Positions 9,256-17,995 of a stretch of DNA of 32,000 nt are shown here, in pieces; the first letter of the stretch is position 1, and each line of letters opens with the position of its first letter. The position numbers and the translations under genes were made by a program. Location: assembly GCF_003945235.1 (NCBI RefSeq), contig NZ_RSDW01000001.1:5070001-5102000 (forward strand). Reading direction: 5' to 3'. This DNA is from Edaphobacter aggregans (GTDB lineage Bacteria > Acidobacteriota > Terriglobia > Terriglobales > Acidobacteriaceae). The notes under the pieces are model-generated. The model was not told the origin of the DNA. It was given only the letters and a program-made list of their open reading frames with translations, and made no database searches.

Positions 9256-10122
9256 TCAGGTCGTAAAGGCAGCGCAGGCTGTGGTTTCATCGGGATGTAG
9301 CGTTGTGTACTTCGTGATCCCGACCATGGTGAAGACCTTCTGGAAGTGGGCCGTCAGGCCGAAGGTCTGGATCGTTTGGCCGCGCTTGCTAGCAGCGATC
9401 ATCATCTGGATGATGAGGGCTATGCCGCTGGAATTGAGGTACTCGACTCGCGAGAAATCAAGGAGAATGCGTTTTACGCTTTCGGGCAGACCCTGATACG
9501 TTCCGAGCACGGCCGCTTGCGAAGTGCTGGTGATGTCGCCGGCAAACCTGAGGACAGTAATAGGGCCTGTGCCGCAGGAAACTTCTTCCATCTTTACCTG
9601 TGTGCCTTGTTCCTGCATTGTGGCTCTCTCCTCGATCGCTTGGGTGGTTTGGTCTTGGGCGTCCGTCCTCTTGAGGTGGATGACCATGCGTGCGTAGCTG
9701 CCGGCGGAAGGTGAACTGACCCACTCGGCCTCATCGACGAGAGCCCGGATGAGAAACATGCCCATGCCGCGGGCGTCTTCTTCGCCCTGCATCTTCCTGT
9801 CGATGTCTGGGGCCGCCTTGGTTCCCTTGGGACCGCTCCCGGTGTCGAGAACCTTTACCTCCAGCGAATGAGCGTCCATCGAAAGAATGACGCTAACGCT
9901 GAGGGTTTCGTCCAGTTTGTTGCCATGCTCCATGGCGTTGATACAGGCCTCGGCGACGGCGGTCTTGAGATCCTCGACGCGTTCGTCGGCGAAGCCCATC
10001 AGTTTGGCGACACTAGCGGCTGTATTCATGGCAACTTTCTCGTAGCCGAGTCGTGAAGGCAGGCGAAGCTCGATGGTGCTTACGTTTTTCTCTAAAGTGT
10101 CAACCAATTCACTCTCCGTCAT
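9256..10122 (-). CDS. fusion protein: RsbW/SpoIIAB-like serine kinase (HATPase) + STAS anti-sigma-antagonist domain
   Basis: 288-aa track ORF. The N-terminal half has N-box AEACINAMEHG, G1 LDTGSG and G2 ARGMGMFLI. The C-terminal half is STAS: ITVLRFAGDI...LLDFSRVEYLNSSGIALIIQMM...FGLTAHFQKVF, with the usual phospho-Ser context (NSSG). The ATG overlaps the stop of the upstream PP2C gene by 4 nt. Confidence 0.8.
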   Translation of the reverse strand: MTESELVDTLEKNVSTIELRLPSRLGYEKVAMNTAASVAKLMGFADERVEDLKTAVAEACINAMEHGNKLDETLSVSVILSMDAHSLEVKVLDTGSGPKGTKAAPDIDRKMQGEEDARGMGMFLIRALVDEAEWVSSPSAGSYARMVIHLKRTDAQDQTTQAIEERATMQEQGTQVKMEEVSCGTGPITVLRFAGDITSTSQAAVLGTYQGLPESVKRILLDFSRVEYLNSSGIALIIQMMIAASKRGQTIQTFGLTAHFQKVFTMVGITKYTTLHPDETTACAAFTT

Positions 10123-11291
10123 CTCTGTCGTAACAGTACGAGCGCGGTCATGTCATCCGACAGCCTGGGCTCGTCCGAGAAATCTCTCAAAGTGGCCCAC
10201 AGCGATTCGAGAATACTCTCTGCGGTGACCGAGTTGCAGTTGCGAAAGGCCTGGAGAAGACGCTCACCGCCAAACTCCTCGTCGCCGCGACAAGCCTCAG
10301 TTAACCCGTCGGTGTAGATTAGCAACCGCGCACCCTTATCCAGCAGAAATTTCTCCGAGGTGTAGTTGGAGAGGGGGAAGATGCCCACCGGTCTGTCGGA
10401 TGCTTCGATGTGGCGGACGTCGCCGGTCGCAGAAACCAGAAAGGCGGGATTATGGCCCGCGTTGACCACTTCGAGGGCGTTGGTCGCGGGGCTGAGCCGC
10501 GTGAGGAACGTCGTGACGTAACGGCGGCGGGCCTCAGGGCCTTCGTTGTAGTGCAGGAGGTTCATCCGAGTGGCCAAGTCGACAAGGGTCGTTTCGGAGC
10601 TGGCCATGGCACGGAAGGCTGAACGGAAGGACGTGCCAACCAGCGCGGAGGAGAGACCTTTTCCCGCTACGTCAGCGACAACGATGACAGTGTCACCTGA
10701 CGGTAAGGGGACGATGTCGAAGTAGTCGCCGCCCACCTCGTAGCAGGTGACGGAATGTGCGGCGATGCTGTAGCCGGAGATCTCGGGCATTTGTTGCGGC
10801 AGCAGACTTCGCTGAATGTCGCGCGCGGCGGCGAGGTCGGCCTCCACCCGCCGCCACTCCAACGCGCGTTCATGGAAGCGCGCATTTTCGATAGCTGCCG
10901 CGGCTTGGATAGCCAGGCTCGAGAGAAAGTCCATCTCGTCCAGCGTAAGGGTGCGATCTGCAGGCAAGATTGCGACCAGTTCGGAAAATGGCTGGCCGGC
11001 CTTGTCGCTCAGCGGAAACCGCACCCATCGATTTTTTGCAGAATCGCCCGTTGCGTCATTTGCTTCCCTTATCTTCGGATCGTTGAAGTCCGCAGGCACT
11101 TCACCGTAGAAGTGGGGAAACGTGGTGAAAAATGCCCCGGTAGCCTCAAGTTCCCGAACGACAATCTTCAGGACCGTGACAAGGACCTTATCGAGCTCAA
11201 TGGTGGAGTGTATGAGGCGACTCGCCTCCAACAGTGCATGCAGGCGGATGACCTGCTGCTGAGCAAAGAGAGTCTCGTCGAGTTCCATCAC
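10119..11291 (-). CDS. GAF-domain PP2C/SpoIIE-family phosphatase (RsbU/RsbP-like)
   Basis: 390-aa track ORF. The N-terminal part is GAF-like (LLEASRLIHSTIELDKVLVTVLKIVVRELEATGAFF..). PP2C motifs are ARDIQRSLLP, EVGGDYFDI, VVADVAGKGLSSAL, IYTDGLTEA, LSDDMTALVL. Confidence 0.85.
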   Translation of the reverse strand: MMELDETLFAQQQVIRLHALLEASRLIHSTIELDKVLVTVLKIVVRELEATGAFFTTFPHFYGEVPADFNDPKIREANDATGDSAKNRWVRFPLSDKAGQPFSELVAILPADRTLTLDEMDFLSSLAIQAAAAIENARFHERALEWRRVEADLAAARDIQRSLLPQQMPEISGYSIAAHSVTCYEVGGDYFDIVPLPSGDTVIVVADVAGKGLSSALVGTSFRSAFRAMASSETTLVDLATRMNLLHYNEGPEARRRYVTTFLTRLSPATNALEVVNAGHNPAFLVSATGDVRHIEASDRPVGIFPLSNYTSEKFLLDKGARLLIYTDGLTEACRGDEEFGGERLLQAFRNCNSVTAESILESLWATLRDFSDEPRLSDDMTALVLLRQR

Positions 11292-11308
11292 GCGAACTAC
11301 CTCTCAGG

Positions 11309-11865
11309 GTGTCAGAGTCTGCTGCCAATGAGTATATGCGCCGTTGCATCGCCACCTTTTTGGTCGGTGGGTATCTTGTGGACTTTCTCGATCTACCCGA
11401 TACCCAAAACGAGGCTGATTTGCAAAAGGGGCTGCTCTTCAATCTTCGGAAGTTCCTGATGGAGCTAGGAGACGGCTTTGCTTTCGTGGGAGAAAAGGTC
11501 GTGTACAGGTTGGCAACCAGGATTTCGAACTGGATTTACTCTTCTCCATCGAGACTTGCAGTGCTTGGTTGCCTTCGAACTAAAAACGGGTCGCTTCGAA
11601 CCAGAGCATATGGGTAAACTTGCCTTCTATTTGGAAGCTCTCGACCGGGATAGAAAAAGACCACGAGAATTCAAGCATTGGCGTTCTCCTCTGCAGAACA
11701 AAGGACGATGAGGTCGTAGAGTATGCGATGAGTCGACACTTGTCACCGGCCCTTGTAGCCCAATACCAAACTCAGATGATCCCAAGATCCCTCCTCCGCC
11801 AAAAGCTTCATGAATGGAACTTGTTGCTGGAAAGCGCTTCCGCAGCAGAGGTCAACGAGCCGTAG
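11309..11865 (+). pseudogene. DUF1016/YhcG-type PD-(D/E)XK nuclease, 5'-truncated with at least three frameshifts
   Basis: Family-typical blocks are spread over three frames: ..YLVDFLDLPDTQNEADLQKGLLFNLRKFLMELGDGFAFVGEKVVYRL (frame of 11309); VGNQDFELDLLF (hand-read, next frame); LLHRDLQCLVAFELKTGRFEPEHMGKLAFYLEALDRDRKRP (frame of 11478); DHENSSIGVLLCRTKDDEVVEYAMS...LVAQYQTQ (frame of 11620). Shifts lie near 11505-11515, 11540-11550 and 11655-11665. The N-terminal half of the family is absent. Confidence 0.7.
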
Positions 11866-11922
11866 TCATCTATTGAATGGATCCCAGTCGGGACTCCCAA
11901 AAAGCCTTCGAACCCTGATGGG

Positions 11923-12498
11923 TCACCTCAACAAAGGGAAATTTATGTACGCGATTCTGGGACTTTGTGAACTTTGGGAGTATGGCCGCTGAGGCAGTGA
12001 ATAGCTGAATCCAAAGACTGACTCGATCGCATCGCAAGCCGACCCGAGTCCATCTTCTGAAGCTATTCGCTCTCCGACTGCCGCTGCTTGAATAGAGAAA
12101 TGCGAAGTTTCCACGAGTGCTTTTAGGGCGGCTGTGGCCGTTTCGACAGAGTATTTGCTTCGTGGAACGTGGAGTCGTGCACCTAGCCGTTGAACTCGGA
12201 CAGCATTGTCTGGCTGATCCCAACCATAAGGAACGATGAGCATCGGTCGACCTGACCGCAGCGCTTCGCCTGTTGTTCCTGATCCTCCATCAAGGAAAAC
12301 GGATTTTGTTGGATGATAGTCGGCTTTCCGGACAAGTGCCGACCGTTCAACTATTGCTTAGTAATGGGAAACGCCCCTTCTCGCCAACTCGGAAGTGGCG
12401 CCAGCGGCGATCTTCATCCAATCAACGAGATTCGTAACGGTTCTTCCGGGTTGTGAATCGACGCTGAGGATTCCGGCAATGTTCCAATCGCGGCGTTT
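11923..12498 (-). pseudogene. C-terminal remnant of a GT1 (MGT/UDP-glycosyltransferase-like) glycosyltransferase with an in-frame TAA
   Basis: Track ORF 11923..12243 starts inside the donor-binding motif. Reading the same frame upstream gives ..LVRKADYHPTKSVFLDGGSGTTGEALRSGRPMLIVPYGWDQPDNAVRVQRLGAR.., matching the hHGGxGT...P...DQ..NA GT1 signature. Further upstream the same frame passes a TAA (12358-12360) into ..NIAGILSVDSQPGRTVTNLVDWMKIAAGATSELARRGVSHY and is closed by TAG at 12499-12501. The N-terminal domain is missing. Confidence 0.5.
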
Positions 12499-12579
12499 CT
12501 AAGTCGCGGCTAACTCACAACGCATTGATTCTGTGCTCGCTGCAATAATTTAAGCCACCTTTCAGTCATTCCATACGCC

Positions 12580-12612
12580 GCCAGCCCCGTTCCGGGCTGG
12601 CTTTTCCATTTT
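12580..12612 (+). terminator. GC-rich hairpin plus T-rich tail (terminator-like) just upstream of the DUF932-like gene
   Basis: GCCAGCCC cgttcc GGGCTGGC is a perfect 8-bp stem, followed by TTTTCCATTTT. It ends about 27 nt before ATG 12639. No intact plus-strand gene lies upstream. Confidence 0.35.
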
Positions 12613-12638
12613 GCACTTCACTACAAGGAGAACTCCTC

Positions 12639-13739
12639 ATGCTTCTGACCATGGAATCTAAGACCGCAGCACATCATAAGTTGGAGACGTTGATCGTCAA
12701 AGGACGAGAAACTGCCGGAACAGTGATCGATCATGTGACGAAGAACCAACCGACTGATCGCCTCGCTCGCGCTTCAGCCCTCCATTTTCACCCCGATCCT
12801 GAGACCACTGCAATTACTGTTGCCTACCCCGACGACGCCGCCAGCGCGGACAGCCTGAGCCAGCGTCTTCATCGGAACGCACTCGTCCAGATGGCCCACA
12901 CCGGCGACCTTCCGCTGAAATTCATCGACGGCCTGCAGGACACCGCGGCTCCGTGGGGCCGTGAATTGCTCGCACACAACCTGAACACGGTCTTTGCGAA
13001 TCGCAATCCTAAGGCGCGTTATCTATTGCGTTCCCTGGGCGGTGAACTACGAGGCTTCCTCTCCGATCGCTACCGTAGACTTGATTCTCGCCCCATCATC
13101 GAGGCCTTCGCTACCGCAGTTCAGCGTAAAGGAGCATTGCCCTACGACGGCTATGTCACCGATACCAAGGTGGCGATCCAGGCCATCATGCCGGAGGTAT
13201 ACGAACCCGTGCCGGGCGAGATGGTTGCTTACGGATTGAGCCTCGAAAACTCCGACTTCGGCAATGGAGCACTATCCATTCGGGCTTACCTCCTTCGGAT
13301 CTGGTGCACGAACCTTGCCATCACGCAGGAGGAAATGCGGCAGGTGCACCTTGGGAGGCGTCTGGATGATTCAACGCTCTATTCGAATCGCACCTACGAG
13401 CTCGATGCGAAGACGACGGTGAGCGCCCTTCGCGACGTCATCGACGGCCAGCTGGACGCAGATTCGCTCAAACGCAGGATGGAGGCCATTCGTCATGCCA
13501 ATCAGCAGATCGTCGGCACGGAGAAAGCCAAAGAGACCTTCCGGAAGCTATTGCAGAAGGGTGAGTCGGAAGCTGCGTCCCAGGCGTTCGACTCGCCTGA
13601 TACCTACAACCTGCCAGCCGGCAATACCAACTGGCGGCTTTCTAACGCGATCTCCTGGATCGCCGGCCAGACCAAAGCCGCGGAGCGGAAGCTTGACCTC
13701 ATGAAGATCGCCGGTGAGGTTCTGCCGAAGGTAGCCTGA
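12639..13739 (+). CDS. DUF932-like (phage/plasmid/ICE-associated) protein
   Basis: 366-aa track ORF with AAGGAG 8 nt upstream. Blocks LRGFLSDRYRRLDSRPIIEAF and LSLENSDFGNGALSIRAYLLRIWCTNLAI match my recollection of the DUF932 pattern (S-x-R-Y..ld ; NS-x-D/F-G..a....R..C-x-N). Confidence 0.55.
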   Translation: MLLTMESKTAAHHKLETLIVKGRETAGTVIDHVTKNQPTDRLARASALHFHPDPETTAITVAYPDDAASADSLSQRLHRNALVQMAHTGDLPLKFIDGLQDTAAPWGRELLAHNLNTVFANRNPKARYLLRSLGGELRGFLSDRYRRLDSRPIIEAFATAVQRKGALPYDGYVTDTKVAIQAIMPEVYEPVPGEMVAYGLSLENSDFGNGALSIRAYLLRIWCTNLAITQEEMRQVHLGRRLDDSTLYSNRTYELDAKTTVSALRDVIDGQLDADSLKRRMEAIRHANQQIVGTEKAKETFRKLLQKGESEAASQAFDSPDTYNLPAGNTNWRLSNAISWIAGQTKAAERKLDLMKIAGEVLPKVA

Positions 13740-13745
13740 ACGAAA

Positions 13746-13776
13746 CAGGTGGATGTCTGGTCTCAACATCCACCTG
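13746..13776 (+). terminator. perfect 11-bp hairpin 6 nt after the DUF932-like stop (no U-tract)
   Basis: CAGGTGGATGT ctggtctca ACATCCACCTG. No T-run follows, so it is either a U-tract-less terminator or an RNA-stability/processing element. Confidence 0.4.
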
Positions 13777-13879
13777 CCCCTCCTTCGAAATTGCCATCCG
13801 CTGAGGCCCGAAATAAGGTAAGTTATTCGGTGAAGGACCGCTCACGAGCGGAACCCCCTTTTATCTGGATGGGCCCCTG

Positions 13880-16471
13880 GTGCGACTCCCCCGCGCTTTG
13901 AAACTCTCTGCAATAGCCTTTGCCTTTGTTGTGTTGATAATTGGTGCGTTTTACTTCTACGCGATCACGCCGCATGCTAGTTCGGCGCCTGTGGGCTCGG
14001 CCCAGAACTTACTTGACCGAGCCGACACCCTGGCCTGGGGCAACCAATGGGCGCTGGCTCAACCGCTCTACAAACAGGCGGAAGCTAAATTTGAGCAGCA
14101 GGGCCAGCTTTCTAAAGCCCTGTATGCGCGAGTGAGCCAAATCCCTCCGAACGAGTCGGCAAATAGCCCGCTGACCATTGTTTCCTTAACCCAGGACCTC
14201 GCTCGGCCCGAAGCAGCTGAGCCCGAAATCCGATTACGCATTCTGACGATTCGGGGAATGTTGGAGACGAACTACAACGCCGCTGAGGCACTCTCCACCT
14301 GGCAACAGGTTTCTACAATTGCCAGGAGTCTAGGGCACGTTTCGATCGCCTCGAGAGCGCTGGGCGAAGAAGGCATCGCTTCGTTCATGCTTGGGGATAC
14401 GGAAACGGCAAAGAAAAAGGTTATCGGTGCATGGACGCTTTCGAAAATCGAGAATGATCCTGCGGCAACGGTGCGCTACGCCTCGGTGTTCGGCGCCGGC
14501 CTCGTGCAGATACACCGTTATCAGGAAGCACTGACTCCGCTCAATGAAGCTATCCGGATAGCCGGCACCCACTCAGGAGTGGCCTACCCCACGATCGCGG
14601 TGTATGCAAAGATCGACGCACTCGTCGGTCTCCACCGGCTGGATGAAGCGCTTGAGATGGCGAATGACTCCCTTACCAGGCTGCAGCCGACGCCGTTTGA
14701 TGCCCATAAGGCACAGGTGTATCTGTCTCGCGGAAACGTTTATCGAGAACGCCGCGAATGGAATGCTGCCACCGAGGATTACAGAGACTCAGTTCGCTAT
14801 TCGACGAAAATTGGTAATTATCGCGGAATTGCAGATGCGAGTGGCCTTCTGGCGCAAGCCTATGTACACGCTCATGATTTGCCTGCGGCGCTCGATGCAA
14901 TCAACGCCGCAATAGCTGCCAATACAAAAATTCCCGAAGAACTGTATTTGGTACCGCGCAATCTGGCCACCAAGGCGGAGATTCTGAGCCAGATGGGGCA
15001 AGCGAAGGACGCTGACGACCTGTATCTAAAATCCATCGCCCTGGTTAACGGGATGATCGAACACGCTCCAACAATGAATGTCCAGCGACAGCTACTGGCC
15101 GAGATGAACAATGTCTACTCCGGATATTTCGCGTTGTTGACCTCCCAAAAACGCTATACCGAGGCCTTTGCGATACTGGAACAGATTCGTGGCCGGGTAG
15201 AGACAGCAGCCCTGGAACACCACAACGAGGTTGCTCACGTTCCGACACCTCAAGAGAAGGAACTCACGAGACTCAATGTCGCCCTCATCAACTCCGAATC
15301 TCCTCAACAGAGAGAAACGATCTCCAATGCGATTTATCACACGGAGCTTGCGATGAGCCCGAGCGAAGTGGAGCAAGAAACCGTTATCCATCCGGTTCAG
15401 TTGACGGAGTTGCAACGAGCATTGTCTCGCAATTCGCTGCTCATCGAGTATGTTCTCGCGGAACCTAGCTCCTACGCGCTAGCGATCACCAGCACAGACG
15501 TGGCCGCGTTACAACTCCCATCGCGAACTCTTATCGAGACCGACGCCAAGCACTATATTGGCGAGATTCGTGGGAAGAAAGAAGACAAAAAGCTCGCGGA
15601 GACATTGTTCGGAGAACTGCTTCAGCCGGTGAAGCAGTATGCCGAGAAGACAGACTTGATTGTCGTTCCGGACGGTTCCTTGCATCTGCTGCCGTTCGCT
15701 GCGCTGTCCGACCATGGCTCATATGTGCTATCAACGCACTCCGTGGCCGTCGCTCCGTCCTCTACCGTATACAGCCTGATCCACAATCGCGCCCAGGATG
15801 ACACGGCTGCGACCGTATCCTACCTCGGTGTTGCAGCGTGGACCCAATCCGGCGACACGCGAAATCCCATCCTCCGGGCTATCTCAGGACCGAAACGCAG
15901 CGAGCTTATCCCTCTGCCGGAAAGCAAAGCCGAGGTCGAAAGCATTGCGCGCTACCTACCGCCTCCGGGCACAATACTGCTTGGCTCAAAGGCCAGCGAG
16001 GGGAACTTTAAAAAGCTGGCCGCGAGTGATCCGAAGGTGATTCACCTGGCTCTGCACGGTTATGTGGACCTCGATTATCCGGATCGATCCGCTCTCATCT
16101 TCGCACCGGAGGACTCAGGGAAGGAAGATGGTTTGCTGCAGGTCCGTGAAATCAGAACCATGCATCTAAGCTCGAAGCTCGTAACACTATCTGCCTGCAG
16201 TACGGGCGTCGGGCCAGTCGGAGAAGTTGGAGTCGCAAACCTGGTCAATGCCTTCATCGAAGCCGGCGCAGATTCCGTGGTTTCGACATTATGGGATGTG
16301 GAGGACGAATCGACGGAACACTTCATGATGAATTTCTATTCGAACCTCGGACTTCATAAACGCAAGGTCGATGCGCTTCGGTCCTCCCAGCTCGATCTTC
16401 TGCAAAAAGGATTCGTTCCGTACTTTTGGGCGGGATTTCAACTTGCCGGAGACCCCAATGGGAACCTTTGA
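13880..16471 (+). CDS. membrane-anchored TPR-repeat CHAT-domain (caspase-fold) protease
   Basis: 863-aa track ORF with a GTG start. N-terminal helix LKLSAIAFAFVVLIIGAFYFYAI, then about 500 aa of TPR-like helical repeats. The C-terminal CHAT domain has both dyad contexts: VIHLALHGYVD (His) and KLVTLSACSTGVG (Cys). Confidence 0.85.
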   Translation: MRLPRALKLSAIAFAFVVLIIGAFYFYAITPHASSAPVGSAQNLLDRADTLAWGNQWALAQPLYKQAEAKFEQQGQLSKALYARVSQIPPNESANSPLTIVSLTQDLARPEAAEPEIRLRILTIRGMLETNYNAAEALSTWQQVSTIARSLGHVSIASRALGEEGIASFMLGDTETAKKKVIGAWTLSKIENDPAATVRYASVFGAGLVQIHRYQEALTPLNEAIRIAGTHSGVAYPTIAVYAKIDALVGLHRLDEALEMANDSLTRLQPTPFDAHKAQVYLSRGNVYRERREWNAATEDYRDSVRYSTKIGNYRGIADASGLLAQAYVHAHDLPAALDAINAAIAANTKIPEELYLVPRNLATKAEILSQMGQAKDADDLYLKSIALVNGMIEHAPTMNVQRQLLAEMNNVYSGYFALLTSQKRYTEAFAILEQIRGRVETAALEHHNEVAHVPTPQEKELTRLNVALINSESPQQRETISNAIYHTELAMSPSEVEQETVIHPVQLTELQRALSRNSLLIEYVLAEPSSYALAITSTDVAALQLPSRTLIETDAKHYIGEIRGKKEDKKLAETLFGELLQPVKQYAEKTDLIVVPDGSLHLLPFAALSDHGSYVLSTHSVAVAPSSTVYSLIHNRAQDDTAATVSYLGVAAWTQSGDTRNPILRAISGPKRSELIPLPESKAEVESIARYLPPPGTILLGSKASEGNFKKLAASDPKVIHLALHGYVDLDYPDRSALIFAPEDSGKEDGLLQVREIRTMHLSSKLVTLSACSTGVGPVGEVGVANLVNAFIEAGADSVVSTLWDVEDESTEHFMMNFYSNLGLHKRKVDALRSSQLDLLQKGFVPYFWAGFQLAGDPNGNL

Positions 16472-17795
16472 CTTGCGAGAAGCGCATGAAAGGAAACCGG
16501 TGAATACTAGCTCCTCGATACCGTCGTCTTCTGCACTATCGGTGAATACAAAACGCGAGGTACTCAACCGTGTCGTGTTGAGTCTGCAAAAGAAGTTCTA
16601 CAAACCTGAGCTGCTTACCGAAGAGTGGCTGCAGAGTGTGGAATCGCACCGGCCTGGGATTGAATCGGCAGCGACCCAGGATGAGTTTGAGCAGTCGATG
16701 ATGAAGCTTCTGCACACGCTTAATTCCTCGCATCTCGGTTTCTTTCACGAGACGGGCCGCCTTGCGTCCAGCAGGGCAGCATTGAGCGCGACGTACCTTG
16801 CCGAGGAGACAGAGGAAGGAAGACGGTGGATCTTTCAGGATGTACATAAGGGTGGTACAGCCGCCAAGGCGAGCATAGAGCCAGGCGACATTCTGCTTCG
16901 AGTGAACGATCGAGAGATCGTTCCCCCCGAACACCCCACTTTTCCCTTTGGCCAGATATCTGCCGTCGAGGTCATCCCGGCAGACGGCAGAAAACGCACC
17001 GCTCATATTGATGTGGCCCCTCCCAAGGGGAAGAAGCTGCAATTCATTCAGCCGCAGCTGGTGGAATATCAGCCGTATCCGAACGATATCGGGTATCTCA
17101 AAGTTGCGATGTTTCCCGGGATGGTGGGTGTCGACGTTGCAACCGAAATCTCCCGCGCAATCGAAGAACTCGGGAACGTGAAGGGCTTAGTGATCGATCT
17201 CAGGGGAAATACTGGGGGCGGCGTAGGTGCGCTCCGTGTCATGAGTTTGTTGACCCCTGCGAAGATACCCGTTGGCTTCGCTCCAAATCGAAAGTGGGCA
17301 AGCAAGAATCTCGACACTGTTAAGTTGTCCTTTCCTCGGTTCAACAGGATTCCTTCAAAAAAGATTGAACTGTGGACCCTTGCTGTTCGCTTCATGCCGT
17401 CTCTGGTTAGCAAATCACCTGTCGTTCTTGAAACCGAGGGCCTGGGCCCCAAACCTTTCCACGGCAAGATAGCGCTTCTGGTTGACCGTCATACAGCGAG
17501 TGCGGCTGAGATGATTGCTATTTTTGCAAAAGAAAATGGGTTAGCGACTGTAGTCGGAGAGAAGACTGCCGGGCGGCTGCTTTCTGCCACCTCGACGAAG
17601 GTAGGCGGCGGATTCCGCTTGGCCCTTCCTACTGGGAGTTATCGCACCTGGAATGGAATGACGCTGGAAGGTAATCCCATCGAACCCGATCTGCGCATCG
17701 ATTTCGATTGGCGAGAGAGGCGTTCAGGGATTGATACACAGCTACAAAGCGCAGTCGAATTCGTCTCGAGAGCACTTGGTTCTGCGGGCACTTAG
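16458..17795 (+). CDS. PDZ-containing S41-family serine peptidase (C-terminal processing/tail-specific type), no signal peptide
   Basis: Track ORF 16371..17795. The best start is ATG 16458 (GGAG 6 nt upstream), which overlaps the CHAT stop by 14 nt; GTG 16500 is the alternative. PDZ: GGTAAKASIEPGDILLRVNDREI. S41 core: GLVIDLRGNTGGG, VDRHTASAAEMIAIF, GEKTAGR. Confidence 0.85.
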   Translation: MGTFDLREAHERKPVNTSSSIPSSSALSVNTKREVLNRVVLSLQKKFYKPELLTEEWLQSVESHRPGIESAATQDEFEQSMMKLLHTLNSSHLGFFHETGRLASSRAALSATYLAEETEEGRRWIFQDVHKGGTAAKASIEPGDILLRVNDREIVPPEHPTFPFGQISAVEVIPADGRKRTAHIDVAPPKGKKLQFIQPQLVEYQPYPNDIGYLKVAMFPGMVGVDVATEISRAIEELGNVKGLVIDLRGNTGGGVGALRVMSLLTPAKIPVGFAPNRKWASKNLDTVKLSFPRFNRIPSKKIELWTLAVRFMPSLVSKSPVVLETEGLGPKPFHGKIALLVDRHTASAAEMIAIFAKENGLATVVGEKTAGRLLSATSTKVGGGFRLALPTGSYRTWNGMTLEGNPIEPDLRIDFDWRERRSGIDTQLQSAVEFVSRALGSAGT

Positions 17796-17995
17796 GTTTC
17801 TGCAAAAACATTACAAAAGAATATCTCCTGATGCCTCGCCGGGATTGAACAGTTTGTGGAGATAGAGGTACGGATTGCCGGTTCTCGCGCGTTCGAGATC
17901 AGCCGGGATCGCAGCCGGGAAGTGGCGATGGAACGATTGCGACGACTCCGCTGACCGTTGCCCCGCCGGCTTCACCTTCGACCGGCCCGCGGCGA

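Noticed and set aside
10755-11459. 234-aa plus-strand ORF spanning the GAF-PP2C 5' half and the intergenic region
   Set aside because: It is antisense to a motif-rich PP2C/GAF gene, has poor composition, and runs across the divergent junction.
16371-16457. Upstream extension of the S41 ORF (track start 16371), overlapping the CHAT gene by about 100 nt
   Set aside because: The extension (MRFGPPSSIFCKKDSFRTFGRDFNLPETP) is an alternative-frame reading of the CHAT C-terminus with no RBS. ATG 16458 has a GGAG at ideal spacing.
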